From: an uncultured delta proteobacterium
Lineage (GTDB): Bacteria > Desulfobacterota > WTBG01 > CAIYCZ01 > CAIRTM01
DNA length: 64,000 nucleotides
Direction of reading: 5' to 3'
Assembly: GCA_963804955.1 (NCBI GenBank)
Contig: CAWDSQ010000030.1
Coordinates: 224,001 to 288,000, forward strand
The notes below the pieces were generated by a model. That model did not search any database and was not told where the DNA came from. It saw only the letters and a program-made list of their open reading frames with translations. The translations under genes and the position numbers were made by a program. Positions 33,524 to 44,724 of this stretch are shown piece after piece (the stretch's first letter is position 1; every line of letters starts with the position of its first letter).

Positions 33524-34117
33524 GTGTTGCATGATAAAAGAGATTTGCTGCTTCATGTTTGTTGCGCTCCGTGCGCAACAGCTGTTTTTGAAGCATTGGT
33601 ACAGGACTTTACACTAACAGCTTTTTTCTACAATCCCAATATCCAGCCTGATACGGAATATCAAAAGCGCCTTGAGCATGTACAAACGCTTTGCAGGATG
33701 CAGGATATACCTCTCGTCATACCAGAGTACGACGATGGCAGCTGGGCGCGGCATACGGCCGGCTTGGAACATGAAACTGAAGGCGGCAGTCGCTGCAGTA
33801 TCTGTTTTCAGGTTCGGCTTGCACGTACTGTGTTTGCAGCTCAAACCATGGGTATTGGAACAGTTGCGACAACGCTATCGGTGAGCCCTCATAAAAATGC
33901 CCGTCTTATCAACGATATCGGCTCGGATGCGGCGCAGGGCACGGGCATCATGTTTTTAGATCGTGATTTCAAGAAAAATGATGGATACCGGAAAAGCTGT
34001 GAACTGAGTAGAAAATATGGCCTGTACCGGCAGAAGTATTGCGGCTGCCTGTACAGCCTGCCAATGAAGAGCGAAGATGGAACACCAGTGAGAGCAAAAA
34101 AGCTTTTGAATTTATAG
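33524..34117 (+). CDS. queH: Epoxyqueuosine reductase QueH
   Basis: LLHVCCAPC, YNPNI, RC..C, YRQKYCGC. Confidence 0.92.
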   Translation: MLHDKRDLLLHVCCAPCATAVFEALVQDFTLTAFFYNPNIQPDTEYQKRLEHVQTLCRMQDIPLVIPEYDDGSWARHTAGLEHETEGGSRCSICFQVRLARTVFAAQTMGIGTVATTLSVSPHKNARLINDIGSDAAQGTGIMFLDRDFKKNDGYRKSCELSRKYGLYRQKYCGCLYSLPMKSEDGTPVRAKKLLNL

Positions 34118-34898
34118 ACATCCTGCCGCGATCTGAAAAACCACGCAGGCAGGGGCTTGTGATGATGCTTGATAAGGGCCTCGGGCTTCATCTTGCAAAG
34201 GACATGGCTGCTGCGGCTCAGTTTATCGATATTGTGAAGCTCGGATGGGCAACCCCCCGCCTTTTTAACGAAGCATTCATCCAGGAAAAGGTGCAAGCTC
34301 TACCGCGATCACGGTATTATGGTCGGCAATGGCGGAACTCTTCTGGAAATAGCCTATCCAGCAGGGCAAAGTCGAACAGTTTCTCGTGTATTGCAGAAAA
34401 CTGGGTCTTGAGCTCATTGAGGTTTCAAACGGCGTCGTGCCCATCAATCCCGGTGAAAAAACAGGTATCATACGCAAAGCCTGCTCCATGGGGTTTTCTG
34501 TCATATCCGAGATCGGTAAAAAAGAACCGGCCGAAGACAGAAGGCTGTCGCTGCCTGACCGCGTCACCGAGGCGAAGCGCGATCTTGATGCCGGAGCGCA
34601 GTACGTGATTATCGAGGCGCGTGAAGGCGGCCGGAATCTCGGGGTTTATGACGAGTCCGGCGGCCTTAAGGAAGATATGGCGCGCTATCTGGCTGAAGAA
34701 ATCGGCATTGAAAATATCATGTTTGAGGCGCCCGAAAAAAGCCAGCAGGCGGAACTGATCCTGCTTTTCGGCAGAGATGTAAACCTCGGCAATATCCGAC
34801 CTGAGGATGTGACATCGCTTGAAACGCTGCGTCGAGGCATACGAGGTGATACGTTTGGCAAAATACCGCATAGCGACCGGCCCTGGCCCGTTCCCTGA
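34077..34898 (+). CDS. comA: Phosphosulfolactate synthase (frameshifted; start approximate)
   Basis: KPR..GLVMMLDKG, KLGWAT, IEARE, FEAP..QQ, VNLGNI, LETLRRGIRGDTFG. Confidence 0.88.
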
Positions 34899-35546
34899 TC
34901 TGCAGGATGAAGAAGTTATAGTCCTCATAGATACGCTGCGTGCCTCAAGCACCATAGTAACAGCTCTCTCCCTTGGCATTGAAACCGTCATCCCCGTTCT
35001 TGATGATCTGCAGGCCTTTTCTCTCAAAAACGACGAAACGGTCATTTCAGGCGAAGCCGGCGGCGTGAAGATTCCCGGGCTATGACATCGGCAATTCGCC
35101 CGTTGAGCTTATTAAAACCTGCCGGCAGTCTTCTTTTTCGACACTTGTTATCAAAACCTCAAATCTTATTCCGCTGCTTGTATCGCTGCCCCGTGCCGTG
35201 GTATGCTCGACCCTGAACCTTGCGGCTGTTGCACGCTTTCTTGCCGGCCGCGAAGCCGTTATTATAGCCTCAGGCGGCAGACGCGGCATTGCAGAGGATT
35301 TGGGCACAGCGCTTGCCCTGGGCAGATATGCTCATGGGCGTGCAATTCGATGCCGGCGGCATAAAGTCTTTTATACAGGAGTCAAATGCGGCGCAGCATC
35401 TGTGCAGCATCGGCTATGCGCAGGATGTTGAATTCATCGCGCGCGTGAATGTGTTTGATATCGTTCCGGTGTATGACGGAAAGGTGATCAGACAAGCAGG
35501 CCTGTACACGCAACTGCGTGCAGGGCCGCCGCAGAGAGCTTACCCT
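34855..35546 (+). CDS. comB: 2-phosphosulfolactate phosphatase (frameshifted; end approximate)
   Basis: IDTLRASSTIVTAL, GE.GG, GNSP, ED, GYAQDVEF..R.N.FDIVP. Confidence 0.82.
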
Positions 35547-36043
35547 ATGATTGATACGCGCATTGTTCACTGCATGCAGGCGGCAGCTGTTGATATGGTT
35601 GTGAGCCTGCCCTGCAATATGCTGTCGGGCATTCTTGACGAAATCGACAGGCTGCCGATCAAGCGCATTCCCGTCTGCCGCGAGGAGGAGGGTGTGGGCA
35701 TTGCGGCAGGTGCGGCGCTGGCAGGCAAAAGGCCCGTGCTGCTGATGCAGAATTCAGGCCTTGGCAATTGCGTGAACGCGCTGGCCTCCCTCACCGGCCT
35801 GTACCGGCTGCCGCTGTTTCTGCTGATGAGCCACCGGGGCGGACCCGGGCGAGCAGATAGCAGCCCAGATCCCCATGGGGCAGGCGGCCCCCGGGCTGCT
35901 TGAAGCGCTTGCTATTCCCTATACGAGCAGTCACAACACCAGCCGATCTGGATACCCTTGCATCCTTCATGCGACAGACATATGCCGACAGCGCTGTCGG
36001 CGCGGCTTTTTTATCGCGGGAGCTGTGGCATGCGGCGAAGTGA
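35547..36043 (+). CDS. comD: Sulfopyruvate decarboxylase alpha subunit (frameshifted)
   Basis: SLPC, REEEGVGIAAGA, MQNSGLGN, SHRG..GEQIAAQIPMG. Confidence 0.85.
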
Positions 36044-36583
36044 AATTATAGAGGAAATTGCCCGGCGCGATTGGCTGATTGTGGCAAATATCGGCTATCC
36101 GGCCCGGGAGCTGTTTGCCGCTGCTGACCGGCCGGGCAATTTTTATATGCTCGGCTCCATGGGGCTTGCAAGCTCCATTGGCCTGGGGCTTGCCGTCAGC
36201 CAGCCCGAGCGGGTCTGCGTTATCGACGGCGACGGATCAGTGCTTATGAATCTCGGCTCCCTTGCAACCATAGCCCACCATGCCCCTGATAATTTCTGCC
36301 TGGTCATTGTAGACAACAAGGTCTATGGCAGCACGGGAGGTCAGCCGACCTATACCGGCGGCAAGACCGATCTTGCAGCCCTTGCCCGGGCTGCGGGAAA
36401 TAAGCAGGTAAGCCGTGTCAGCACGAAAGCCCGAGCTGGCACGGGCTCTTGATGAACATGAAGGGCATGCCGCGATTATTATAGCCGATACGGATCCGGG
36501 CAATGAAGACGTGCCCGTCATTCCACTATCGCCAGTTGCAATCAAAGAGCGCTTTATGGCGCGTCTTCATGAAAGGAAAATAA
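36030..36583 (+). CDS. comE: Sulfopyruvate decarboxylase beta subunit, TPP-binding (frameshifted; end approximate)
   Basis: ANIGYPAREL, NFYMLGSMGLASSIGLG, DGDGS, DN..YGSTGGQ, IKERF. Confidence 0.85.
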
Positions 36584-36588
36584 AATCC

Positions 36589-37511
36589 ATGCGCTACCTG
36601 TTCGGTCCTGTCCCGTCCCGAAGGCTCGGGTATTCCCTGGGTGTTGATATCATACCGCATAAGGTCTGCACGCTTGACTGCGTGTACTGTCAGCTCGGGC
36701 CGACAACACTGAAGACCATTGAACGCAGGGCCTATGTCGAGCCCGGTCCCGTTCTTGCCGAACTTGATGAAATTCTTTCACAAAAACTGCAGATAGACTG
36801 CATCACGTTTTCCGGCTCGGGCGAGCCGACGCTTAATACCTGCCTGGGGGATATAATCGCCGGCATAAAAAGCCGCTGCTCCATACCGGTAACGGTGCTC
36901 ACCAACGGGACGCTGCTGCATCTGCCCGAGGTCCGCGCCGGTCTTTTGCAGGCCGATATCGTTTGCCCGTCATTTGATGCGGCCACACCGCAGGCTTTCA
37001 GCAGGATAAACCGTCCGCATGAGAGCCTTATCGCATTGAACATGATGATTGCAGGGTCTGAAAGCATTCCGGCGGGAGTTTTCCGGGAAAATCTATCTTG
37101 AAGTGATGCTTGCCCGCGGAGTCAATGACTCCCCGCAGGAGCTTGAAGCGTTTGCGAAAGTTCTGCCCGAATTCGGAGCTGATCGGATTCAGATTAATAC
37201 CGTGATCCGGCCCGCTGCTGCAGATGGTGTCTGGGCCGTAAGCCCGGCAACGCTTGCAGCAGGCCCGCACCCTTTTCGGTCCGAATGCCGAAATAATCGG
37301 CGGCTTTCTGAAGGAGCGCTCGCTTCATGAGCAGGAGAATATCGCAGACCGCATAGTGCAGCTTGTCGGGCGGCATCCGAGCACCGCACAGGATATCTGC
37401 GCCGCCCTTGGTCTCACCGCTGATCTGGCACATGAATTTTTGAACCAGCTTATCTCGCAGGGCCGCATTTCCAAAACTATACATGGCGGCAGCACGTTTT
37501 ACACGTCGTGA
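36589..37511 (+). CDS. Radical SAM protein, COG0731-like (frameshifted)
   Basis: FGPVPSRRLGYSLG, CTLDCVYC, GSGEPTL, TNG. Confidence 0.85.
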
Positions 37512-37658
37512 GCTGTTTTTTCCAAAAGCCGTGGGGTGGATCTCCCATGAATGATAGTAGCGCTGCAGCAAAGCCATTGGTTTTAGAGCGTGTACCTAAA
37601 TCCGGTAACCGAAAATCAGAAAACAGGGGAGTGCGTTAGCAGTATGACAGCATTTCTT

Positions 37659-37724
37659 GTCATTCCCGCTTGACGGGAATCCCTTTTGGTGTGCAGAAAA
37701 AGGATTCCGGACAAGCGGAATGAC
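37659..37724. repeat. Palindromic miniature element (GTCATTCC...GGAATGAC type)
   Basis: gtcattcccgcttgacgggaatcc...ggattccggacaagcggaatgac. Confidence 0.7.
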
Positions 37725-37818
37725 CAGGGTCTGTGTTGCTCGTCAACACAGGAATACGGGCTGCAGTATTTTGTTAAATGCTCTCAGGAAGCGGAGAATA
37801 TGGATTTTCAGAAAACGA

Positions 37819-38529
37819 TTACGCCTTTGGGAGATAGAATCGGGGGTTGCGGGGTTTGTTGTCGCAGCGGATCTGAAAATGCAGATAGGTCTGGGGCTTG
37901 CTGCTGGGTGAGCCTCCGACCTCGGCGATTTTTTGTCCCTTGGTAACGGTCTGTCCCTGCGCGACAAGATTTTTCTGATTATTGGCATATACCGTGGCGT
38001 AATTTTCTTTATGCTCGATGATGATGGTGTTGCCGTAGCCTTCCAGAACACCTGAAAACGCCACTGTTCCTTCCTTGGCAGCCTTGACAGGGGCGCCTTC
38101 AGGCGCTTTTATATTAATGCCATCATGTTTGATGCCGCCGTAAATGCCGTATTCCTCAATGATCTTGCCGCGCACGGGCCAGATAAAAAGGCCCGGCCTG
38201 CTGATGATTTTTTCGGGCTGGGTTTTGTCGGTTGCGGCTTTGGTCTCTGAAAGGCTCCTGGGTTTGTCGGCGCCGGGGATGAAAATTTTATCGCCGGCCT
38301 TAATCAGAGATGTGTCTTTTATATTGTTGATCTCGGCCACATCCTGCAGGCTCACGCCATAGAATTTGCAGATTTTCCAAAGGCTTTCTCTTTTCTGCAC
38401 GGTATGATAGGCGCCGGGCATTGACTGTTTTTTGTCTGGAAGAATCGGGGCAGAGGGGCGAAACAGTGCGCAGGCCTGCAGCAGTAATGCCACACTAAAA
38501 ATAAGCAGCAGTGTTTTTGAAAGTCTCAT
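37819..38529 (-). CDS. nlpD: LysM/M23 lipoprotein (NlpD-like)
   Basis: Lipobox LLLQAC, LysM domain, WPVRG, HDGIN, LHFQIR. Confidence 0.85.
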   Translation of the reverse strand: MRLSKTLLLIFSVALLLQACALFRPSAPILPDKKQSMPGAYHTVQKRESLWKICKFYGVSLQDVAEINNIKDTSLIKAGDKIFIPGADKPRSLSETKAATDKTQPEKIISRPGLFIWPVRGKIIEEYGIYGGIKHDGINIKAPEGAPVKAAKEGTVAFSGVLEGYGNTIIIEHKENYATVYANNQKNLVAQGQTVTKGQKIAEVGGSPSSKPQTYLHFQIRCDNKPRNPRFYLPKA

Positions 38530-39000
38530 TGCTGTATTAACCATATGCAGGGCTTTTTCAACCGCCTCCCGGGCAGTATGGGCCTTGATGATTTCAGGGC
38601 CGATGTCCCATGTCTGAAGCCCTATGACGGGCTTGCCAATCTTCAGCGCCAGGGCGATTTCTGAAAGCGTGCCGTATGATCCGTCAACGGCGATTACCGC
38701 CATAGCCGCGCGAACCACCAGAATATTGCGCGCATGGCTCAGCCCTGTCGGTATGGCGATGTCGATATACGGGTTGGCATCGCCGAACTCAAAACCGGGC
38801 AGCAGCCCCACAGTCAGCCCGCCGGCCTCACGTGCGCCTTTTGCCGCCATTTCCATCACACCGCCAAGCCCTCCGCAGAACAGCACGGCATTGTTCAGGG
38901 CAATATGGCGTCCCACATCATAGGCAAGGCGTGCAGCCTCTTTGGAACACTCTCCAGCGCCTATGACGCCGATATGGACCCTGTCTTTTATATCGGCCAT
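38530..39000 (-). CDS. TIGR00725/LOG-like Rossmann protein (reads in frame into nlpD here)
   Basis: CGGLGGVM, ARN, GTLSEIA. Confidence 0.85.
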
Positions 39001-39728
39001 GATCGTAAAATCTCAAGTGCTTTGTAGTTTGTAAGATCCGTCTGAATCGGTGTTATTGATGCGCAGGCCTCAGAAACCGCCTCGGCATCGGAGCCGGGAA
39101 TTGCATGGTGCCGGTCGCCATCGCCGCCGATCCAGTAATAGATTTCTCCGCGCGGGTTCATGCGTTTTTCGATAGCTCCCTCATAAATGCTTTTGCCCTG
39201 ATGCGTAAAGCGGTATCCCGCTATCGCGCCTCCCTGCGTGTCGGGGATGTTTATGTTCAGAAAGGTATCCGGCGGCAGGCCATGGCGCAGCACTGCGGCT
39301 GCAACCCGGGCTGCAAACTGAGCAGCCGGGCCGAAATTAAAGTTTGAGCGGCAGGCAAGAGATACCGCTATGGCCGGTATGCCCCAGATAGTGGCTTCAA
39401 AGGCTGCGGCTACAGTACCGGAATAGGGTATATCATCGGCCATGTTGGCGCCCTTGTTGATGCCCGACACGACCAGTCCCGGCTTTTCCGGCAGCAGGCT
39501 GTTCACGGCAAGGTTGATGCAGTCCGACGGGGTGCCGTCAACCATGATGCGGCGTTCGGCAAGAGCTGTCGCCCTGAGGGGCCGGTGGAGCGTGAGCGCC
39601 CTTCCCACGGCGCTCATCCCCTGCGCGGGCGCGACTGTCCAAATCCGGCCGAGGCCCATCAGTGCTTCCTCAAGGGCATGAAGGCCCTCGGACTGAATGC
39701 CGTCGTCGTTTGATAGAAGAATAAGCAT
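38988..39728 (-). CDS. surE: 5'/3'-nucleotidase SurE
   Basis: LLSNDDG, GTPSDC, SGIN.G.N, YSGTV. Confidence 0.96.
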   Translation of the reverse strand: MLILLSNDDGIQSEGLHALEEALMGLGRIWTVAPAQGMSAVGRALTLHRPLRATALAERRIMVDGTPSDCINLAVNSLLPEKPGLVVSGINKGANMADDIPYSGTVAAAFEATIWGIPAIAVSLACRSNFNFGPAAQFAARVAAAVLRHGLPPDTFLNINIPDTQGGAIAGYRFTHQGKSIYEGAIEKRMNPRGEIYYWIGGDGDRHHAIPGSDAEAVSEACASITPIQTDLTNYKALEILRSWPI

Positions 39729-39733
39729 GATAA

Positions 39734-39762
39734 AAAATACCCAAAAGGGGTTCGGGTGTCAA
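39734..39762 (-). promoter_or_regulatory. Putative sigma70 promoter of surE
   Basis: TTGACA-17 bp-TATTTT ending 5 nt before the ATG. Confidence 0.5.
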
Positions 39763-39936
39763 TTAAAACAGTTGCCGGCCTGATGTCAAAATACATTTTT
39801 ATTGACACAATAACATATATTTTCATATAGTTGGAGTTCTATTCGCAGCCAAATCCATATGAAATCTTCGGCGGATGCTGATCGCGAGCCGTTGCAATCA
39901 TAAATACCACACCAGAAACCAAGGAAGGATAGAGGC

Positions 39937-42031
39937 ATGAAAAAAAACGAGTCAAAGCAGATCAGAAATATTGCCATTACCGGCCACGGCAAATCCGGGA
40001 AAACATCCCTGGCCGAAGCGCTTCTCTTCAGCGGCAAGTCGACGGACCGGCTCTGCAAGGTCGACAATGGCGAATCAGTGCTTGACTTCGAGCAGGAGGA
40101 AAAAGACCGCCACATGACCATCATGAGCTCCTTCCACCATGTATCATGGAAGAAGGCGACAATTAATATTATCGACACACCCGGCGACGCGAATTTCGTT
40201 GCCGACACCTATAACAGCCTGCAGGTCGTTGACGGCGCCGTCCTGGTTGTGGATGCTTCATCGGGCGTGCAGCTCATTACCGAGAAGATCTGGCAGCGCC
40301 TGCGCGAGAACAAAGTCCCCTGCCATCATCGTCATCAATAAGCTGGACCGCGAGAATACCGATTTTTACAGGGTTTTTGAAAATATAAAAAACATGCTCA
40401 AGGCAAAGGTCACGCCGCTGCAGATACCCATCGGCAGTCAGGCGAACTTTAAGGGCTTTGTCGATCTGGTGAAACTGAAGGGCTATGCCTTCGCCGCTGA
40501 TGATTCCGGCAACACCTCCGACTGTGACATTCCCGCTGATATTAAAGAACAAGCCGATGAGCTGCGCATGCAGCTCATCGAAGATGTGGCAGAGTCAAGC
40601 GAGGAGCTCATGGAGAAATATCTCGACGGCCAGGAGCTTTCAGATGATGAAATAGCCGCCGGCATCAGGGCCGGCGTTCAGTCAGGCAGCCTCGTCGGTG
40701 TGCTGTGCGCATCGGGGATCAAGAATTTCGGCGCCAAACAGCTTATGGATTTTGTTGTGCAGTTTTTTCCGTCACCGCTTGAGCGGCCTGCTATTCAGGC
40801 ACTAGATGCCAGGTCGGGCGAGCTGAAAGAAGTAATCCCATCCGAGGACGGGCCGCTGTTTGCCTATGTATTCAAGACGATTGCCGACCCCTATGCCGGT
40901 AAGCTCACCATTTTTCGGGTTTTCTCAGGGTCGCTTGCAGCTGATGCAACAGTGTATAATGCCAGGAAAAGGGTCAAAGAAAAGATCGGCTCCATTCTGC
41001 AGCTTGAAGGCAAGGCGCAGAAGCCCATTGACATGGCCGTAGCCGGCGATATCGTGGCGCTGGCAAAATTGCGCGAAACAACCACGGGCGACACCTTCGG
41101 GGTGGAGGGCAAGGAGCTGAACTTCAAGAGTATCGAACATGTCAGGCCGGTTACTTCCTACGCTATCGTCCCGAAGAGCCGCGGCGACGAAGATAAGATG
41201 GCAGGCGCTTTCGCCCGACTGATGGAAGAGGACCCAACGCTGGTCATGAAGCGCGATGAGCAGACCTTCGAGTTCATTCTTTCGGGCGTCGGCCAGGCCC
41301 ACCTTGATGTGACCGTTGCGAAAATGAAACGCAAATTCGGCGTCGAGATCGACATGCAGCTGCCGCGCATTCCCTATCAGGAAACCATCAAGGGAAAAAC
41401 CAGGGTCCAGGGCAAGCATAAAAAACAGACCGGCGGCCGCGGGCAGTTCGCCGACACCTGGATTCAGATCGAGCCCAATGCCCGTGGCGGCGGATTCGAG
41501 TTTGTTGATAAGATCGTTGGCGGCGCCATTCCGCGCAACTATATACCCGCTGTTGAGAAGGGTATCGTCAATCAGATGAAAAAGGGCATCATCGCAGGCT
41601 ATCCGATCGTCGACGTGCGGGTTCTACTCGACGACGGCGGCTACCATGATGTCGATTCGTCAGATATGGCTTTCCAGATAGCAGGGTCCAAGGGCTTTAA
41701 AAAGGGTTTTGTTGAATGCAGCCCGATTCTGCTCGAGCCCATTATGACGGTTGAGGTGACTGTGCCGGAGGACATGACCGGCGACATCATGGGCGACATG
41801 AACAGCCGTCGCGGCCGCGTTCTCGGCATGGAGCAGAGCGTGGGCGGGCAGCTCATCAAGGCCATGGTGCCCCTGTCGGAGATGCAGCGCTATGCGGTTG
41901 AACTCATATCCATGACCAGCGGCAGGGGCATGTTTACCATGGAGTTCGACCACTATGAAGAAGTTCCGCAGCATTTAACGCAGAAGATTATAGCCGCCTC
42001 CAAGCACGGAGAGGAAGAAGACGACGAATAA
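39937..42031 (+). CDS. fusA: Elongation factor G paralog, EF-G2-like (frameshift ~40320)
   Basis: GHGKSGKT, DTPG, NKLD, KKQTGGRGQF, YHDVDSS, LLEPIM. Confidence 0.92.
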
Positions 42032-42039
42032 TTATTGAG

Positions 42040-42531
42040 GTGCCTGCAGCCATGGATGATACCGAATTCCCCAAAGAGCTGATTGAGGAAACCGGAGAGG
42101 CAAAGCCCGAAAAGATTTTCGAGTCTTTGTATCAGCGGCTTCTGAATATGGCGGTCAATGAAAAGATCCGGCTGGCGACACTCGGCAATAAGGAGGCGCG
42201 CAACCTGCTGATCAAGGATCCCAATCGCCTCGTGATACATTCCGTTATCAGCAGTCCCAAGCTGACCGAGGATGAGGTAATCAGTTTTGCGGGCAATAAG
42301 AACCTGTCGAAAGATGTGGCTAACCTCATCGCCAGCAAGAAGGAATTTTTGAAAAGCTATGCTGTGAAGGTGGCGCTGGTGAATAATCCCAAAACAGCCG
42401 TTCCTACGGCCATCAAGCTCATGCCCCATCTCATGGAAAAGGATGTGCGCAACGTGGCAAAGAGCAGAGGTATTTCCAGTGTTGTGGTCGCAGCCGCTCG
42501 AAGGATTATTACGCAACGGGCAGCCAAGTGA
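42040..42531 (+). CDS. Hypothetical helical-repeat protein
   Basis: EKIRLATLGNKEARNLLIKDPNR, ALVNNPKT. Confidence 0.75.
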   Translation: MPAAMDDTEFPKELIEETGEAKPEKIFESLYQRLLNMAVNEKIRLATLGNKEARNLLIKDPNRLVIHSVISSPKLTEDEVISFAGNKNLSKDVANLIASKKEFLKSYAVKVALVNNPKTAVPTAIKLMPHLMEKDVRNVAKSRGISSVVVAAARRIITQRAAK

Positions 42532-42595
42532 TGTGAAATCTTAAGCGCCGGCAGACAACGATTATCTGCCGGCGCTCCTAGTGTGCGGGTGGTGT

Positions 42596-43084
42596 ATGCG
42601 TGCTGCAGTGCTTACTATCAGCGACAAGGGTTCCATCGGGCAGCGGCAGGACACAAGCGGCCCTGCGGTGGCAGCGGTTTTGCAAACCATCGGCGCCGTT
42701 GTTGAGAAATATGAGATCGTGCCTGATGAGGTTGATGTGATCGCCGGCAAACTCATTGAGTATGCCGATATGCTCGGCCTCGATCTGGTCGTTACCACTG
42801 GCGGCACAGGCGTGGCGCCACGCGACCTGACCCCGGAGGCAACCCGCACAGTCATCGACCGCGATGTGCCGGGCATGGCCGAGGCCATGCGCATGGAAAG
42901 CTTCAAAAAAACCCCCCACGCGCTTATCTCCCGGGCGATTGTCGGCATCCGCAAACAGACCCTCATTATCAACCTGCCAGGAAGCCCCAGAGGCGCCACC
43001 GAAAACCTCCAGTTTATACTGAAAGCCATTCCCCATGCCGTTGAGAAGATCAAGGGCGACCCGTCCGAGTGCGCAGTTCAATAA
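42596..43084 (+). CDS. mog: Molybdopterin adenylyltransferase MogA/MoaB
   Basis: TISDKG, TTGGTG..PRDLTPEA, NLPGSP. Confidence 0.93.
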   Translation: MRAAVLTISDKGSIGQRQDTSGPAVAAVLQTIGAVVEKYEIVPDEVDVIAGKLIEYADMLGLDLVVTTGGTGVAPRDLTPEATRTVIDRDVPGMAEAMRMESFKKTPHALISRAIVGIRKQTLIINLPGSPRGATENLQFILKAIPHAVEKIKGDPSECAVQ

Positions 43085-43393
43085 TAACAATGAAGGCACA
43101 AAAAGTGCCCGGGGATTTTTTTAAAGGATTGTATGCAGGCAGTGGATGTTTTTTGTCGTATTGCTTTTTATAAAGTCGTCCCGGGTTTCGCGTGTGCCGA
43201 GGCACAGCAATAAGAGTTTTTTGCCTGAAATACTTTAATTTTTAAATAGTTCGTTTGTTCGGTTTTATATCATTGGCGCACTAATGATTTGACAGAAAAG
43301 GACTTTTTTATTATCATCATTAGAACTTTCTAACTATAGCCAGAGACAGGTGTGCTCCAGTAAAAAGTTAAATATTTGTCAGAGGAACAGGCG

Positions 43394-43880
43394 ATGAATC
43401 ACACAAGTCACATCATCCGGTTTGCAGTCGTGCTGGTAGCAGTGATAGCTGGTTTTTTTACTCTCAGGAGCTTTTTGGTGCCTGACAGCTTCGGCGTACA
43501 GGGAGATTATAAATACGGCTATCATCGGGGGGCCTCGGATGCTGAGCAGGCCGCGCTGCCTGCCCTGTATACGGGCAGCAAAAAATGCGCCCAGTGTCAT
43601 GCTGAAGCAACTGCGGAGTGGCAGGCTGGCAAACATGCAGGAGTAGCATGCGAAACCTGTCATGGCAACTGGCAGGCCCATAATAATAATACCAAAGACA
43701 AAGCAGGCAAAGACAGTTCGGCAGAGGCCTGCATGCTGTGCCACGGAGAAGTTGATGCGCGGCCGGCTGATTTCCCGCAAATTGCCGGATATGAAAAAGC
43801 ATGTGCGAGGACAAGGGCGGGCCTATGAAAAGGGCATGCTCTGCGTGGCCTGCCACAGCGCCCACAGTCCGAAGCAGTAA
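43394..43880 (+). CDS. Membrane-anchored tetraheme cytochrome c (frameshift ~43797)
   Basis: CAQCH, CETCH, CMLCH, CVACH. Confidence 0.85.
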
Positions 43881-43974
43881 AAGGGCTTATAGCGTGGTGA
43901 GTGCTGGTTTCGGAATCAACGGATTACCTGATAAAAACGATTCTTAAAAAACGAATCAAGCATAAAAAAAGGGA

Positions 43975-44724
43975 ATGGCCATGGTGACGAACAGACGAGA
44001 CTTTTTGAAGCAGGCAGGCTGGACAGTGCTGGGCGGGGGTCTTATGGCGGCTGTGGTACAGGTGCCTGCCCGCGGGGCGCAGGCCTCATCGGGGGGCAGA
44101 ACGCATCTCTACGGCTATGTGGTTGACACCCATACATGCATCGGCTGCGGCAAATGCGTTGAGGCATGCAGGAATGAGAACAGGGTGCCGGAAAATTTCT
44201 ACCGTACATGGATCGAGCGCTACACGATTTATTCCGACGGCAAGGTCGCCGTCGACTCTGTGCAAGGCGGCGAGAAGGGCGCAGCGCAGCTTGAAAAACA
44301 GGGCCGGATTGACCGGTCGTTTTTCGTCCCCAAGCTGTGCAACCACTGCAAGGAGCCCAACTGCGTGCAGGTCTGCCCGGTGGGCGCGACCTATGTGAGC
44401 CGTCAGGGCGTGGTGCTTGTCGATGAAAAGCACTGCGTGGGCTGCGGCTACTGCATTCAGGCCTGCCCCTACGGAGCCCGTTTCATTAACCCGAAAACAC
44501 ATGTCGCCGACAAGTGCACGTGGTGCTATCACCGGGTGCTCAGGGGCCTGAAGCCCGCATGCGTGACCGTCTGCCCGGTCGGCGCGCGGCAGTTCGGAAA
44601 AGTTGACGACCCCAATGACCCTGTCGGCAAGCTTATCAAAGAGGCCCGGCTGCAGGTGCTGAAACCCGAGATGGGCAATCAGCCCATGGTCTTCTACAAT
44701 GGCCTTGACAAGGAGGTGCGGTGA
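43975..44724 (+). CDS. Tat-exported 4Fe-4S protein (NrfC/TtrB/DsrO family)
   Basis: NRRDFLK, four Cys clusters. Confidence 0.92.
   Translation: MAMVTNRRDFLKQAGWTVLGGGLMAAVVQVPARGAQASSGGRTHLYGYVVDTHTCIGCGKCVEACRNENRVPENFYRTWIERYTIYSDGKVAVDSVQGGEKGAAQLEKQGRIDRSFFVPKLCNHCKEPNCVQVCPVGATYVSRQGVVLVDEKHCVGCGYCIQACPYGARFINPKTHVADKCTWCYHRVLRGLKPACVTVCPVGARQFGKVDDPNDPVGKLIKEARLQVLKPEMGNQPMVFYNGLDKEVR

Noticed and set aside
35289..39000. Apparent fusions ComB-ComD, ComE-radical SAM and TIGR00725-NlpD
   Set aside because: Each downstream part has its own Met (with an SD-like site or lipoprotein signal in two cases) and lies in an indel-rich zone; the stop codons were probably lost to errors. Not excluded without reads.
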